Assembly (NCBI GenBank): GCA_001784175.1
Contig: MFPR01000006.1
Span: 62,001-126,000, forward strand
Length of the DNA: 64,000 bases
Direction: 5' to 3'
DNA from: Candidatus Lindowbacteria bacterium RIFCSPLOWO2_12_FULL_62_27
Lineage (GTDB): Bacteria; Lindowbacteria; 2-12-FULL-62-27
The notes beneath the pieces were generated by a model. The model saw only the letters and a program-made list of their open reading frames with translations. It had not been told where the DNA came from and did no database searches. Numbering within the stretch: position 1 is the stretch's first letter; each line of letters opens with the position of its first letter. A program made the translations under genes and the position numbers. This document shows, in pieces, positions 18,936-30,521 of this stretch.

Positions 18936-19483
18936 GGAGTGGCGCCGTCCGGTCTTTCGGCGTCGCTGCGATCATCCGCCGCAACCAGCCGCGACGCCAG
19001 TCCGCTGCCGCGAAACGTCCTGACCGGCTTGAAGGGCTCGTCCGCCGCTTCGTCGTCGGCGCCCCCGCGTTCCGCCGGGGCCCCGGCGGACGTTTTGGTG
19101 ACAGGCGCGACCCCCGCATGTTTTCTCAGCTTCTCCATCAGGACCGGCACCTTGAACGGCTTCACGAGATAATCAACCGCCCCGGCCTCGATGGCCTTCA
19201 TGATCGTTTCCTTGTCACCCATCGCCGTCATCATCACGATCCTGGGTTTGTCGGCCGCGCCCGATGACATCACCTCCCGGCAGACCTCGATGCCGGACAG
19301 GCCGCGCGGGAGATTGATGTCGAGAAGGACGAGCGCGGGCCGGATTTCAGCGAGGGCCTTGAGCGCCCGCCGGCCGTCCGCGGCCAAATCGACCTGAAAT
19401 CCGAAATCGGGCAGGAGCTTGCTCAAATACTCGCGGATGTCCGTATCGTCCTCCACCACCAGGATCCGTTTGGGATCGGTCAT
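18932..19483 (-). CDS. Single-domain response regulator with a disordered tail
   Basis: ILVVEDD...LLDINLP...MTA...YLVKPF. Confidence 0.9.
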   Translation of the reverse strand: MTDPKRILVVEDDTDIREYLSKLLPDFGFQVDLAADGRRALKALAEIRPALVLLDINLPRGLSGIEVCREVMSSGAADKPRIVMMTAMGDKETIMKAIEAGAVDYLVKPFKVPVLMEKLRKHAGVAPVTKTSAGAPAERGGADDEAADEPFKPVRTFRGSGLASRLVAADDRSDAERPDGATP

Positions 19484-21060
19484 GTCCCCCCGCGCAGAGC
19501 CTCGCGGACCTTTTTTGCCAGCATTTCCGGTTTATACGGCTTTCGAAGAATAAATTGGCCGGCGGCCGGCCCGCCGTGATCGATGATCGATTGATCCGTG
19601 TATCCCGATGCGAACATGACTTTCATGCCGGGCCGCTCGATTCTCAGTATGTCCGCCACCTCCCGGCCGTTTATTCCGGTCAACACGACGTCCGTGATCA
19701 AGAGATCAATGGGCCGGCCGTGCGCCCGGGACATGCGCACGGCCGCCTCGCCGCTCCCGGCCTCCAAAACGTCGTAGCCCAGTTTCTGCAGAATGAACGC
19801 CGAGATTTTCCGCACCGGCGTCTCGTCCTCGACCAGAAGGATGGTTTCTCCGCCGCCTGATTGGGAGGCGGCCGGGCGGCCGTCGTGCGGCCGCCGGGAG
19901 GCCGTCGGGAGGCCTTCGGGGACGCGGGGCAGGAAGATGTTGAAGGTCGTTCCAAAGCCCGGCGCGCTGTCGACCGTTATGTGTCCCCCGCTTTGCTTGA
20001 CGATACCGTAACAGATCGACAGTCCGAGCCCGGTTCCCCGCCCATGCTCCTTGGTCGTAAAAAACGGCTCGAAGATCCGGTCCAAAATCTCCTTGGGCAT
20101 GCCCGCGCCCGCGTCGGAAACCGTGAGGAGCACGTAGGGCCCGGGCGCGACGTCGGGGGTTTCTCCCACGTGTTTTTGATCGAGTTCCACAGCAGCGGTT
20201 TCAAAACTCAGCACGCCCCCCTGCGGCATGGCGTCGCGCGCGTTGATCGCCAGATTGACGATCACCTGCTCCATCTGGGTCGGATCGACGCGGACGGTCA
20301 ACCCATCGCCGGACAGTTTGTGCGTGATGAGAATGTCCTCGCCGATGAGCCGTCTCAGCAATTTCTCGGAATCGAGAATCACCTCGTTCAGATTCAATTC
20401 AACAGGCTCGAGGATTTGCTTTCGCGCGAAGGCCAGCAGTTGCTGGGTCATGCGGGCGGCCCGGTCGGCGAGGCGCTCGATTTCGAGCAGGTCCGCGTGC
20501 ACCGGGTGGCCGGGCGCCACCGTTTCGATGCCGACGCAGGTGTATCCCATGAGCGCCGTCAGAATGTTGTTGAGATCGTGCGCGACCCCGCCGGCCAACT
20601 GGCCGATGGCGTCCATTTTCTGCGCCTGGTCCAGCATCGCCTGGAGTTTCACCATGGTCCGCCGGTCCTCCGCCTCTTTCAGCGCGCGGCGGACGGCCGG
20701 CGCCAGTTTGTAGAGTTTGTCCTTAAGGACGTAGTCGGTGGCGCCGTTCTTCATGATCTCCACGGCCAGCTCCTCGCCGATCGTTCCGGTGACGAGAATG
20801 AACGGCACGTCCGGGCAGAGGTCTCTTGCCTTGAGGAGCGCGGAGAGTCCGTCGAACCCGGGGTTGGTGAAATCGGAGAATATGAGGTCCGGTTTAAACT
20901 CATGGAGCGAAGTGGCGTACTCCGCCTCCGTCTTGACGTGCAGGAACGAGAAATCGATCCCCATCCCGGAGACTGCGCGGCGCATGAGTTCCGCGTCGGC
21001 CGCAATGTCTTCGAGGATCAGAACCTTCACTTTCGGCGCCATCCGTAGGGCTCCTTTCAT
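19480..21060 (-). CDS. Hybrid histidine kinase (REC-HisKA-HATPase-REC)
   Basis: [31 protein letters not shown]; receiver domains at both ends. Confidence 0.93.
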   Translation of the reverse strand: MKGALRMAPKVKVLILEDIAADAELMRRAVSGMGIDFSFLHVKTEAEYATSLHEFKPDLIFSDFTNPGFDGLSALLKARDLCPDVPFILVTGTIGEELAVEIMKNGATDYVLKDKLYKLAPAVRRALKEAEDRRTMVKLQAMLDQAQKMDAIGQLAGGVAHDLNNILTALMGYTCVGIETVAPGHPVHADLLEIERLADRAARMTQQLLAFARKQILEPVELNLNEVILDSEKLLRRLIGEDILITHKLSGDGLTVRVDPTQMEQVIVNLAINARDAMPQGGVLSFETAAVELDQKHVGETPDVAPGPYVLLTVSDAGAGMPKEILDRIFEPFFTTKEHGRGTGLGLSICYGIVKQSGGHITVDSAPGFGTTFNIFLPRVPEGLPTASRRPHDGRPAASQSGGGETILLVEDETPVRKISAFILQKLGYDVLEAGSGEAAVRMSRAHGRPIDLLITDVVLTGINGREVADILRIERPGMKVMFASGYTDQSIIDHGGPAAGQFILRKPYKPEMLAKKVREALRGGT

Positions 21061-21503
21061 CCAGGCGGCTGATTGAGGACGAGCCAGTAAAGCCCGAGTT
21101 CAACCACCGATTTGCAGAATTTCTCGAAATCGACCGGCTTGACGATGTAGCTGTTGACGCCGAGCCGGTAGCTGTCCAGGACGTCCTTTTCCTCCCTGGA
21201 CGAGGTCAGGACGACGACCGGGATGGGTTTGGTCCGCGGGTCGGCCTTGATCCGGCCGAGGACCTCCAAGCCGTCGACTTTGGGCAATTTCAAATCGAGT
21301 AGAATGATCTTGGGAATTTGCTCCACCGAACGCTGCGCGTACGCTCCGGTCGCGTAAATGAAATCGAGCGCCTCCGCCCCGTCCTTGACGTGGTGGAGCC
21401 GGTTGGCCAGATGGTTTTTCTTCAGCGCGCGGATCGTCAGTTCCGCGTCGTGCGGGTTGTCCTCCACGAGGAGGATTTCGACGCTGTCGAGGTCCATGCT
21501 CAC
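21057..21503 (-). CDS. Rcp1-like single-domain response regulator
   Basis: [10 protein letters not shown]...[11 protein letters not shown]...LTSS...[12 protein letters not shown]. Confidence 0.93.
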   Translation of the reverse strand: MSMDLDSVEILLVEDNPHDAELTIRALKKNHLANRLHHVKDGAEALDFIYATGAYAQRSVEQIPKIILLDLKLPKVDGLEVLGRIKADPRTKPIPVVVLTSSREEKDVLDSYRLGVNSYIVKPVDFEKFCKSVVELGLYWLVLNQPPG

Positions 21504-23119
21504 GCTCCTTCCAGGGGTAGCGCGAAATAGAATGTCGCGCCCTTGTTGAGTTCGCCCTCGGCCCAGACGCGGCCGCCGTGCCGGTGAATGACGCGCTGGA
21601 CAATCGCCAGGCCCACGCCCGTGCCCTCGAACTCGTCGGCCGGATGCAGGCGCTGAAACACGCCGAACAATTTATGGACGTACTTCATGTCAAAGCCCGC
21701 GCCGTTGTCCCTGACCCGAAAGACCGTCTCGCGCTCCCCGGCGTCGGCGGAAATTTCGACTTGCGGCGCGGCGGCCCGGCGGGTGTATTTGAACGCGTTT
21801 GAAATCAGATTGATCCACACCTGCTTGATCAGCGCCGGATCGCCTTGGATGCGGGGCAGATCGCCGACGCGGGCGTCGACGTGCGCGCCGTTTTCCTGCC
21901 GCCGCATCTCCTCCACGGCGTCACGCGCCTGCGCCGTCATGTCCACCGGTTTTTTTTGAAGCTCCTTGCGTCCGAGCCGGGACAGGGTCAGGAGGTCGTC
22001 GATCAGATCGCCCATTTTCTGCATGTGTTCCCGGATCACGGCCAGCATCCGCAGCCCCTCGGAGTCGAGCTGTCCCGCGTAATCCTCGATGAGGATGCGC
22101 GAGAATCCGTCCGCCACCCTCAGGGGCGCGCGCAGGTCGTGGGAAACCGAATAGGTGAAGGCCTCGAGTTCCTTGTTGGCCCACTCAAGCTCCGCGCCGG
22201 TCTCGCGGAGCCGGTCGGCGATGGCGGCGCGGCCGTCGGCGGCCTCCTTTTCGAGCCGCGCGCGCAGCGTCTCCATTTCCTTGTTCTTGAGTTCCTCGAT
22301 GATCCGCAGGTTCTCCTCCTGGAAAAATTTTCTCCGAAGCAGCGCCCGGACGCGGCCCTTCACGACGCCGATGTCGCTCGACTTGCCGACGAAATCGTCC
22401 GCGCCCGCGTCCAGGCCCCGCGTCATGTCGTCCTTCGTCTCGTGCGCCGTCAGCATGAGGACGACGACGGGGTCGGACATGCGATACCGGATTTCGTGGA
22501 TCCGGCGGCAAACTTCGATTCCGTCCATTTCCGGCATCATCAGGTCGAGGAGGATGCAATCGAAACCCCGGCGCTCGAGCAGGGCCAGGCCGTCGGGTCC
22601 GCTCGGCGCGTTTTCTACAAGATATCCTTCGGCCTTCAGTTCCTCCGTCAGATACTCCAGATACGTCCGGCTGTCGTCGATGGCCAAAATTCTTGCCTGC
22701 CGGAAATAGGCGTCGGTCGGCCCCAGGACCGACATCTGCCGGCGCGATTTGCGCAGGAGGGACCGGACGCGGATGAGGAGGATGTCATCGTCATCGGACT
22801 TGGAGACATAATCGTCCGCGCCGCCTGCAAGGGCGTGGACTTCGGACTGGCCCTGGTCCTCCGCCGTCATCATCAGGATGGGGATTCCGCGGGTGTTGAT
22901 GTTCATCCGGATGCGCTGGCAGAGTTCGTCGCCGCGAATGCCGGGCAGCCAGAAGTCGAGGATGACAAGATCAGGGACGCGCCGGTTGATCTCCTCCAGC
23001 GCCTGCTCGGCGTCCTGCGCCGTCACGACGTCCCACGCTTCGCGTTCGAGAAGTTCCCGGAGTTTGAGGGCCTGGGTTTCGGAGTCCTCGACGATCAGGA
23101 TGCGGCTTCCCCGGCTCAT
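21500..23119 (-). CDS. REC-REC histidine kinase (Cph1-type transmitter)
   Basis: Two receivers, then [16 protein letters not shown] and FQRLH...GTGVGL; ATG 23119 overlaps the cheB stop. Confidence 0.9.
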   Translation of the reverse strand: MSRGSRILIVEDSETQALKLRELLEREAWDVVTAQDAEQALEEINRRVPDLVILDFWLPGIRGDELCQRIRMNINTRGIPILMMTAEDQGQSEVHALAGGADDYVSKSDDDDILLIRVRSLLRKSRRQMSVLGPTDAYFRQARILAIDDSRTYLEYLTEELKAEGYLVENAPSGPDGLALLERRGFDCILLDLMMPEMDGIEVCRRIHEIRYRMSDPVVVLMLTAHETKDDMTRGLDAGADDFVGKSSDIGVVKGRVRALLRRKFFQEENLRIIEELKNKEMETLRARLEKEAADGRAAIADRLRETGAELEWANKELEAFTYSVSHDLRAPLRVADGFSRILIEDYAGQLDSEGLRMLAVIREHMQKMGDLIDDLLTLSRLGRKELQKKPVDMTAQARDAVEEMRRQENGAHVDARVGDLPRIQGDPALIKQVWINLISNAFKYTRRAAAPQVEISADAGERETVFRVRDNGAGFDMKYVHKLFGVFQRLHPADEFEGTGVGLAIVQRVIHRHGGRVWAEGELNKGATFYFALPLEGA

Positions 23120-24222
23120 GGTTGGCGCACCGTCGCCGGAGGAACCGCGGCCAGCTCCCGGATCCGCCGTGCGATCTCGTGCAGCGGCAGGGATTCGCAG
23201 ACCGCGCCCCTTTTCATCGCGGCGGCGGGCATGCCGTAGACCACGGCCGTTGTTTCGTCCTCCGCGATCGTGTATCCTCCGGCGCGCTTCAGCGCCAACA
23301 GCCCGTCCGCGCCGTCCTCGCCCATGCCGGTGAGGAGCACGCCGATGGAGACCGTGGCCTGATGCCGGGCGAGCGATTGGAACAGGACCGACCCCGACGG
23401 GCGCTGGCCCGAGACGCATTCGCCGGCGCCCAGCGTCAGCGCGCGGGCGTTCATTTCAAGATGCCGCTCGGCGGGCGCCACGTAGATTTTTCCGGGCGAC
23501 GGGATCTCTCCCTCGCGCGCGATCTTCGCCGTGAAGGGGCAGGCGGAACTCAACCACGAAACGAATCCCTCGAGAAAGGCCGGAGAGATATGTTGAACGA
23601 GCAGGATGGGCAGCGGAAAAGGTTCGGGCAGATCGCCCAGCAGTCTGGCGAGCGCGGACGGGCCGCCGGTCGAACACACGATCGCCAGCAGGCCGTAGGA
23701 GGCGACCGTTGGGCGAGCGGCGGACGAGTCCCGCGCGATGCCGGTCCTGCCCCCGGTCGCAGGAGGCTTGGCGGCCGGAACGAAGTCCAGATTCCGGTCG
23801 ATGCGCTGTTTGACCAGCCGGACATCGCTCATGATCGCGAGTTGCCCGCAGAGGTTGCCGGCCATGGCCGCGTAGTCTTCGTGCCCCATCCCGGCCGGTT
23901 TTTCCACGATGGCCAGCGCGCCGGCCCGCAGCGCGTTCATCGAGATCTTGAGGTCCTCCGACTCGACGCTGGCCGACACGACCACGATGGGCGTCGGCCG
24001 TTCGGCCATGATGCGGCACGTGGCCTCAAAGCCGTTCATTCCGGGAAGCCGGATGTCCATGGAGATGACGTCGGGATGGTCGCGCGAAAGGCGCCGCAAG
24101 GCCTCTTCGGCCGAGGGCACGGCCGCAACGACTTCGAACCGCGAATCGGCGGAGATGATGTGCCGGAGATATTCGCGGGCGACATCGGAGTCCTCGACGA
24201 TCATGACACGGATTTTTTTCAC
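23116..24222 (-). CDS. cheB: Chemotaxis methylesterase CheB (WspF-like)
   Basis: Receiver plus CSTGG, VQHI and LTGMGEDG motifs. Confidence 0.95.
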   Translation of the reverse strand: MKKIRVMIVEDSDVAREYLRHIISADSRFEVVAAVPSAEEALRRLSRDHPDVISMDIRLPGMNGFEATCRIMAERPTPIVVVSASVESEDLKISMNALRAGALAIVEKPAGMGHEDYAAMAGNLCGQLAIMSDVRLVKQRIDRNLDFVPAAKPPATGGRTGIARDSSAARPTVASYGLLAIVCSTGGPSALARLLGDLPEPFPLPILLVQHISPAFLEGFVSWLSSACPFTAKIAREGEIPSPGKIYVAPAERHLEMNARALTLGAGECVSGQRPSGSVLFQSLARHQATVSIGVLLTGMGEDGADGLLALKRAGGYTIAEDETTAVVYGMPAAAMKRGAVCESLPLHEIARRIRELAAVPPATVRQP

Positions 24223-26435
24223 AGGATCTGGCGGAGGGTGTCGAGCAAGTCCTTCTGATCGAACTTCCGCTTCATGATGTACGCGTCGGCGCCGAGCGCA
24301 AGCCCGCGCGCCTGGTCCTCGCGGCTCTCGAGCGACGTCACGAGGATGACGGGCATGTGTTGGAGTTTGCGGTCCTTTTTCATTTCCTCCAGCAACTGAA
24401 ATCCGTCCATGCGCGGCATCTGGATGTCGGCGACGACCAGGTCGACGGCCTCGGTTTTCAGGCGCGCCATCGCCTCGATGCCGTCCACGGCCAGCGTCAC
24501 CTGATAGCCGTTGGCTTCCAGGAGGCTCTTTTCGAGTGTGCGGGTCGTGATCGAATCGTCGACGACGAGGATGACCGGTACGGGTCGCGGCTCCGCCGGG
24601 CGCTCGGCCATCTGGATCAGCGGCCGATCCATGGATTCGTTGAGGGATTCAATGAGCCGCTGGGTCGAGAGCACCGGGAACACCGTTCCGTCGCCGAGCG
24701 TGACGGCGCCCGACACGCCCGTGTGGGGCTGGATGGCCGGAATGTCCTCCAGAAGGCCGTCCTGGACCGACAGGAGCGCATCGACGGCCACCGCGAGGCG
24801 CCGCGGGCCGGACTTCAGAATGAACGCGGAAAGATACGGACCGTCCAGCCGGATGGCCGGGGATCCGAGTTTCAGAAGCTGCGACAGACTCACGATCGGC
24901 ACGGGAGCATCCCCGGGCGATCCCTTCAGACGCATCATCGTCCGGCCTTCCACGCTCTCCAACGCCTGCGGCTTGACCCTCGCCACCTGCTCGATCCCGA
25001 ACACCGGCAGGCCGAAGATCCGCTCATTGCAGGAAACGAGGAGCATGCGGTGGGCCGAGACGGTGAGCGGAACTTCAACGTAGAAGGTTGTCCCGCCGCC
25101 AAGGGCTGTCCGCCCGTCGTTTGAGCGAACGCCGGCTTCTCCCTGAAGGCGGCGTGCCGCGTCGGCGACGACGGAGAGGCCGATCCCGCGGCCGGAGAGT
25201 TCCGTCACGTATCGGGCGGTGCTGAATCCGGGTAGGAACACGACTTTCAAAATGTCGCCGGCGTCCGCCTGCGCGCGGGATTCGGAGAGGAATCCTTTCC
25301 GCGCCGCCGTTTCGGCGATCTCCTTGAGATCGATCCCCCGGCCATCGTCGGAGACATCGACGCGAAGCCGCCCGCCGAGAATCTCCAGCCGCAATTGCAC
25401 GCGGCCGGCGGCGGGCTTGCCGCTCTTGCGGCGTTCCGCCGGCGGCTCAATGCCGTGCGCGACGGCGTTTCGCAGCATGTGCATGACCGGATCCTTGAGC
25501 GTCTGCAGGACCATGAGATCGGCTTCGGTGTCGAGTCCGACCGCCGCAAACTCGACCTCCATTCGCTGATCCCCGGCGAGATCACGGACCATTTTTTGAA
25601 ATCCGTCAAACACCGTCTCGGCGCGGACCATCCTGGCCCGGCGCAGATCCTCCCGCAATTCCTCGCTGAGACTCTGGAGACCCCACGCGGTGCGCTGCTG
25701 GAGAATTTTTGTCCGTTGAAGTCCCCGGCTGAGCGTTCGCCAACGCCGGTCGATTCTTTCAAGCGCGTGCGCCAGTCGCCCGTGCTCTGGACGCGCTTGC
25801 GCCTTCCGGAACACCGCCGCGAGGTCCGACCGCAGTCGGCCCCAGTCCCGCTCAAAGTCCGTCCCCTCGCGGCCGGCGCGTCTCAGGAGAGCGGTGACGA
25901 GTTCCTGCCGCTGACATTCCTCCAGCAACCGGCTGGCCTGCCGATGGAACCGGCCGAGGACGGCGGCGCCGATCCGCACCGTCGATTCGGCGTCCGCCGG
26001 GTCAGCGCCTCCGGCGCCGGATGAGGGCGTGGACGCCGCGACCGGCGCAGACGCGGAAATCAGCCGGGCGATGGTTTCCAACACCCGTGTCGGTTCGGGC
26101 GGATTTCTTTTTTCGGCAACCTCCGTCACCCAATCCTCAATCGCGTCGAGCGTCTGATGAACGGCCTCCAGCGCCGGCATGTCCAGTTTGAGCCGGCCGT
26201 CCCGAAGGTTCGAGAACAGCGTTTCGAGCTGGTGCGCGAGCGTTTCGATCGGCCGCAAATCGACGGCGCGCGCGGCGCCCTTCAAACTGTGCGCCCGGCG
26301 AAACGCCTCTTCGAGCTGCGCCGGCGCCGGCGCGGCCGACTCCCGGCCTTTGCCTTTGAGGATCGTCCGAATCCGGGACAGATGCTCCCTGAGTTCGATC
26401 TGAAACGTGGCGAACAGTTTCTGCCGGATGTCCAT
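24219..26435 (-). CDS. cheA: CheA-CheY hybrid kinase (WspE-like)
   Basis: HSLKG Hpt, HMLRNAVAHGIE, SGRGIGL, CheW domain, C-terminal receiver VVDDSITTR. Confidence 0.95.
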   Translation of the reverse strand: MDIRQKLFATFQIELREHLSRIRTILKGKGRESAAPAPAQLEEAFRRAHSLKGAARAVDLRPIETLAHQLETLFSNLRDGRLKLDMPALEAVHQTLDAIEDWVTEVAEKRNPPEPTRVLETIARLISASAPVAASTPSSGAGGADPADAESTVRIGAAVLGRFHRQASRLLEECQRQELVTALLRRAGREGTDFERDWGRLRSDLAAVFRKAQARPEHGRLAHALERIDRRWRTLSRGLQRTKILQQRTAWGLQSLSEELREDLRRARMVRAETVFDGFQKMVRDLAGDQRMEVEFAAVGLDTEADLMVLQTLKDPVMHMLRNAVAHGIEPPAERRKSGKPAAGRVQLRLEILGGRLRVDVSDDGRGIDLKEIAETAARKGFLSESRAQADAGDILKVVFLPGFSTARYVTELSGRGIGLSVVADAARRLQGEAGVRSNDGRTALGGGTTFYVEVPLTVSAHRMLLVSCNERIFGLPVFGIEQVARVKPQALESVEGRTMMRLKGSPGDAPVPIVSLSQLLKLGSPAIRLDGPYLSAFILKSGPRRLAVAVDALLSVQDGLLEDIPAIQPHTGVSGAVTLGDGTVFPVLSTQRLIESLNESMDRPLIQMAERPAEPRPVPVILVVDDSITTRTLEKSLLEANGYQVTLAVDGIEAMARLKTEAVDLVVADIQMPRMDGFQLLEEMKKDRKLQHMPVILVTSLESREDQARGLALGADAYIMKRKFDQKDLLDTLRQIL

Positions 26436-26449
26436 GCGTCCCGCCGCGG

Positions 26450-28129
26450 TTAGATTTTGTAGCGCTCGACGGATTTCATCAATTGCTGTCCCTGCGCGCC
26501 GAGTCCGGAGGCCGCCTTCTCGAGCTGGCGGGTGCCGGCGACCGTCTGCTCGCCGGCCTGACGGATGTTCTTCATCGCCTGTGACACCTGCTCAAATCCA
26601 ATTTGCTGCTGGTTGGTGGCCGCCACGATTTGCTGAAAGGCCTGGACGCTTTCGAGGACGCCGTCGGACAGCCGGCGGATGGTCTGCTCCGCGACATCGC
26701 TTTGCTGTTTGCCCGATTCGATCCGTTTGACGGCCTCCTCGGTCAGCATCACCGACGTGTTGATGCCCTTCTGGATGTCGCCGAGGATTGTCCGGACCTG
26801 GCCGGTGGACGCGCGGGCCTGCTCGGCCAGATTCTTGATCTCGGCGGCCAGCACGGAGAAACTGCGGCCGTGTTCGCCCGCCGCGGCGGCCTCGATGGCC
26901 GCGTTCAGGGCCAGAAGGTTCGACTGCTCGGCAATGTCGTTGACGGTGGCGATGATGTCGCCGACGGTCTGCGTCTTCTCGCTGAGGGCGACGATGGTCT
27001 CCGCGACGGTCTCGGCCTGCTCACGGATCGACTCCATGATCCGGTTGGTGTTCTGCACGGCCTGGATGCCGCCGGCCACGGCCGCCGACGTGGCCTCCGT
27101 CGCCGCCGCCACCTGCCGCGCCCTGTCCGAAATCTGATGGCCGGACTGGCCGACCTCCTCCATCGTGCTGGTGGTTTCCTGCACCGCGGCGGCCTGCTCC
27201 TCGGTACTCGCCGCCTGCTGCTGCGCCGCGGCCAGAATCTCCGTGGCCGTCGAGTTCAGGTTTTCCGTCACGGTTCGTGTCTGCGACGCCAGATCCCGGA
27301 GACCGGCCACCATCTGGTTCAACATGCCGCCCAGCCGGCCCAGCTCGTCGCCGTTGCTCGAATCGGCCGCCCGGCGAGTGAGGTCGCCCCGGCCGACATG
27401 CTCGACAAACAGCATGAACTCGCCGAGCGGCCGCGAGATCGACTGCTGAATGAAGACGCCGGCGCCGGCGCCGACCAGAAGCGCCGCCACGAGAAACGCG
27501 ATCACGGCCGTCCGGCCCTCCGTGTAGGCCTGCTCGGCCTCGGCCTCTCCCGCGCGCGTGACATCGGCGAGAAGCTGCTCGGCGTAGTCGATGTCGGCGT
27601 CCACGGTCTCACGCAGCCGCCGCACGTCGGGATCGGCCGCCGCGAGCTGCGTCCAGTCGTTTTTCTCCAGCCATGCGAGCTGGGACTCCACCGCCGCCGA
27701 CAATTCCTGAAATGTGCCGAGCGTTTTCCGGAGCTGCTGGCGGACGCGCCCGAAGGCGCCGCCGCGTTTTTCAGTGAGCGCGGTCTTCTCATATTCGGCG
27801 GCCTTCGCTTCAAGGTCCTGGAGCACGGCGAGGGTCTCGTGCTTGCGCGCCCGCCACGACTCGCCGGAGTTTTCCTGCCGGGCCTCCGGCAGGCCCGCGC
27901 GCTTTTTCAGGGCCGATGTGACGGACTCCTCGCGCGCCGAGCGCATGCCATATTGACTTGAATTGGCGGCCAGAAGCCCCGCCATCATCGCGATTTCGCG
28001 TTCGGCGATCCGCGCCGTCAGCGTGTTGACTTCGCCGAGCTTGGAAATCGAAAACAGCCCGACGCCCAGCGCGAGGGCGATGACGATCGCAAATCCAATC
28101 AGAATCCTGGTTCGTATGGTGAATGTCAT
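26450..28129 (-). CDS. Methyl-accepting chemotaxis protein (WspA-like)
   Basis: Two TM segments, helical sensor, [21 protein letters not shown]. Confidence 0.95.
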   Translation of the reverse strand: MTFTIRTRILIGFAIVIALALGVGLFSISKLGEVNTLTARIAEREIAMMAGLLAANSSQYGMRSAREESVTSALKKRAGLPEARQENSGESWRARKHETLAVLQDLEAKAAEYEKTALTEKRGGAFGRVRQQLRKTLGTFQELSAAVESQLAWLEKNDWTQLAAADPDVRRLRETVDADIDYAEQLLADVTRAGEAEAEQAYTEGRTAVIAFLVAALLVGAGAGVFIQQSISRPLGEFMLFVEHVGRGDLTRRAADSSNGDELGRLGGMLNQMVAGLRDLASQTRTVTENLNSTATEILAAAQQQAASTEEQAAAVQETTSTMEEVGQSGHQISDRARQVAAATEATSAAVAGGIQAVQNTNRIMESIREQAETVAETIVALSEKTQTVGDIIATVNDIAEQSNLLALNAAIEAAAAGEHGRSFSVLAAEIKNLAEQARASTGQVRTILGDIQKGINTSVMLTEEAVKRIESGKQQSDVAEQTIRRLSDGVLESVQAFQQIVAATNQQQIGFEQVSQAMKNIRQAGEQTVAGTRQLEKAASGLGAQGQQLMKSVERYKI

Positions 28130-28683
28130 TGAGGTGAAACCTCCTTGAACAGGGGATGAAGAAAAACGGCGTCCAGATCGGGAAGGACCAGGCCGTCCGG
28201 ACCGACGCCTTTGACGAAACGGCCGGGCGGATGGCCTGCGCCATCGGTCGCGGGGCTGAATGTTCCCGGCGAAACCTTGCGCACATCCCGGAGCCCGTCG
28301 ACGCGAAATCCGATCCGGCCCTGGAATCTGCGCAGAAGCAGGACGGGCGCGGCGGACGGCGGTTCGGTGGGAGGCTGTGTTTCCGGCGCCGCTGCCGAAA
28401 TCCCCAGCACGGAGCGGAGATTCACGATCAGGCGCAGTTCGCCATGCCAGTTTCCGACGCCGGCGACTTCCGGCGGCGCCAGCGGAACAGGCGTCACATC
28501 CGCCAGCAGAGCGACTTCGGTCAGATCCGCCAGATTCACTCCGTGCCGCTCGCCGGCCAGGTCGAAGACCAGAACGAGGGACGACCCGGCGTCTCCGGCG
28601 CCGACCGGGCGCCGCGCCGCGAGGCGCCGGGCTCTGGCCCGCCAGGCCTCCGATATTTTTTGGTCCCGTTCCACGGCGTTCAC
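28126..28683 (-). CDS. cheW: CheW-domain protein (WspD-like)
   Basis: [21 protein letters not shown]; position in the operon. Confidence 0.85.
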   Translation of the reverse strand: MNAVERDQKISEAWRARARRLAARRPVGAGDAGSSLVLVFDLAGERHGVNLADLTEVALLADVTPVPLAPPEVAGVGNWHGELRLIVNLRSVLGISAAAPETQPPTEPPSAAPVLLLRRFQGRIGFRVDGLRDVRKVSPGTFSPATDGAGHPPGRFVKGVGPDGLVLPDLDAVFLHPLFKEVSPQ

Positions 28684-30035
28684 AGGACGGCCCGTGTCTC
28701 CATGTTGAGACGCGCCACCCCCCGAAGGTCCGAAACGGTCATGCCGTCGCCGTTCTCAATCGGCGTGTCGTCCGGAAGGCCCGCGAGAACGGAGAGGACG
28801 TTCTGAAAGGATCGGATGGCGCCCTTCGCATCGCCGCGCTTGTGGAGCAGAAGGCCCAGATGGTGGTGGGCGAGGGCGTTTCGCCGGTCCAGGTAGATGG
28901 CGTGGCGCAAGGTTTTTTCCGACGCGTCATAGTTTGCCACCTGCCGGAGGACGAGCGCGTAATAAAAATGAACGGAGGCGTTCAGAGGTTCGGCGTCGAT
29001 CAGGCGCTCGTAGGCACGCAGCGCCGCGTCCCAGTCTCCCCGGTCCGCGAGCGACTGCGCGCCGGCGCGGGGCTCGACATCGGGCGCGGGCGGCATCACG
29101 TCCACGATCCCCCCTCCCCCGCCATAGGCGGGAGAGGGTTGGGGTGAGGGTGGCATGTGAATCGTTACATCGCCTGGTTTCTGATGGACAATGGCGCCGC
29201 CTATGTTGCGCATGGAAAAATGCTGAAAGAGATCGATCGAGAGATCCGACGGTCCGAGCGCGAGCCATCCGCGCTCCACAAGACACCCTTCAAATTGCGA
29301 AATGATTTTCCGGCAGAGGTCGCGGTTGAAATAGATCATGACGTTCCGGCAGAGGATCAGATCGAAGGCCTGCAGATCATGGAGAATCGACGGAAACGGA
29401 TGCTTGACGAGATTGTGATACTGGAACGACACCGCGCGCCTGTAATCGGGCGCAATCGCGTGGTGCGCCCCCTGCGGGCGGAAGCACGCCGTCCGGACGC
29501 TGTCCGGCGTCGCGCGGAAGGCCCACTCGTCGTACACGCCGGCGGCGGCCCGCTGCAGAAACCGCCGGTTGATGTCTGTTCCCAAAATGTCGACATCCCA
29601 CCCCGCCAGCGCCGCGCCGAGGTCGCGTTTCAGGAGAATCGCGATTGAATACGCTTCCGGTCCTGTCGCGCAACCCGCGCTCCAGATTCGGATCCGCCGC
29701 GTCGCCCTGTTTTTTTCGATGATCTCCGGAAACACGACGTCCCGCAGCGCGTCGAACAACTCCGGCTGGCGGAAGAAGTAGGTTTCGCCGATGGTCAGTT
29801 CCTCGACGAGCGCGTCCAGTTCCGTCTCGCCCGCCCGGCCGTCCTTCAGAAGACGCAAATAGGACGTGCAATCGCCGGCGCCGGCCACCTCCAGGCGGCG
29901 GTCGATACGGTCCGCCAGTTCGGCGTTCTTGTCGGCGTAGTAGGACAATCCGGTATGGTCGATGAGGTAGTCCTTCAAAGCGGGAAAGAGGGGATCGGAC
30001 GCGAGATCGCTCGAGACCCCCGTCGAACCCGTCAC
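28680..30035 (-). CDS. cheR: CheR methyltransferase with C-terminal TPR (WspC-like)
   Basis: [38 protein letters not shown] tail; GTG 30035 overlaps the cheW stop. Confidence 0.93.
   Translation of the reverse strand: MTGSTGVSSDLASDPLFPALKDYLIDHTGLSYYADKNAELADRIDRRLEVAGAGDCTSYLRLLKDGRAGETELDALVEELTIGETYFFRQPELFDALRDVVFPEIIEKNRATRRIRIWSAGCATGPEAYSIAILLKRDLGAALAGWDVDILGTDINRRFLQRAAAGVYDEWAFRATPDSVRTACFRPQGAHHAIAPDYRRAVSFQYHNLVKHPFPSILHDLQAFDLILCRNVMIYFNRDLCRKIISQFEGCLVERGWLALGPSDLSIDLFQHFSMRNIGGAIVHQKPGDVTIHMPPSPQPSPAYGGGGGIVDVMPPAPDVEPRAGAQSLADRGDWDAALRAYERLIDAEPLNASVHFYYALVLRQVANYDASEKTLRHAIYLDRRNALAHHHLGLLLHKRGDAKGAIRSFQNVLSVLAGLPDDTPIENGDGMTVSDLRGVARLNMETRAVL
29109..29150. repeat. Palindromic REP-like element inserted in frame in cheR
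   Basis: Minus strand CCCTCACCCCAACCCTCTCCCGCC-TAT-GGCGGGGGAGGGG, read as [13 protein letters not shown] in the CheR-TPR linker. Confidence 0.7.
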
Positions 30036-30520
30036 GCGCGCGGTTTCGCCAAGTCGTTCAGCCGTTTTTGCTCCATCACCTGAAATTCGGCGATCCGGCG
30101 GCTCTCCTGTTCGAGCAGGACCCGCGCCGGCGAGAGAAGGTGGAATCGCCGGCCGTCGATGTCGATGTCGGCTTCGACACAGCCGTTGAATGTCTGCGAC
30201 TGCGGGCATGGCAGAATATCTCCCGAAGGCACCGGACGGGCGGCCATGGCCTCGTCGGCGAAAAATCCAAGCGGGGCCTCTCTCGTCTCCATGATAATCA
30301 CGCACGAGTACATGCGGCGCGCCGGTTCAGGCCAGTCGAACAGGCGGTCGAGCCGCATAACGGGGATGGCGGCGCCGCCCAGATTCAGAAAGCCCTCCAA
30401 TATCCCCGGCATGGCCGGCGCCGTGGAAACGTCCGCCATCGGGACGATCTCCCGGACGTGCTCGCCCGGGATCGCCAGCGCGCGGCCGGACAGGGAAAAG
30501 AAAATGCAGAAACGGCTCAC
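30032..30520 (-). CDS. cheW: CheW-domain protein (WspB-like)
   Basis: VREIVPM...PGILEGFLNLGGAAIPVMRL. Confidence 0.88.
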   Translation of the reverse strand: MSRFCIFFSLSGRALAIPGEHVREIVPMADVSTAPAMPGILEGFLNLGGAAIPVMRLDRLFDWPEPARRMYSCVIIMETREAPLGFFADEAMAARPVPSGDILPCPQSQTFNGCVEADIDIDGRRFHLLSPARVLLEQESRRIAEFQVMEQKRLNDLAKPRA

Positions 30521-30521
30521 A

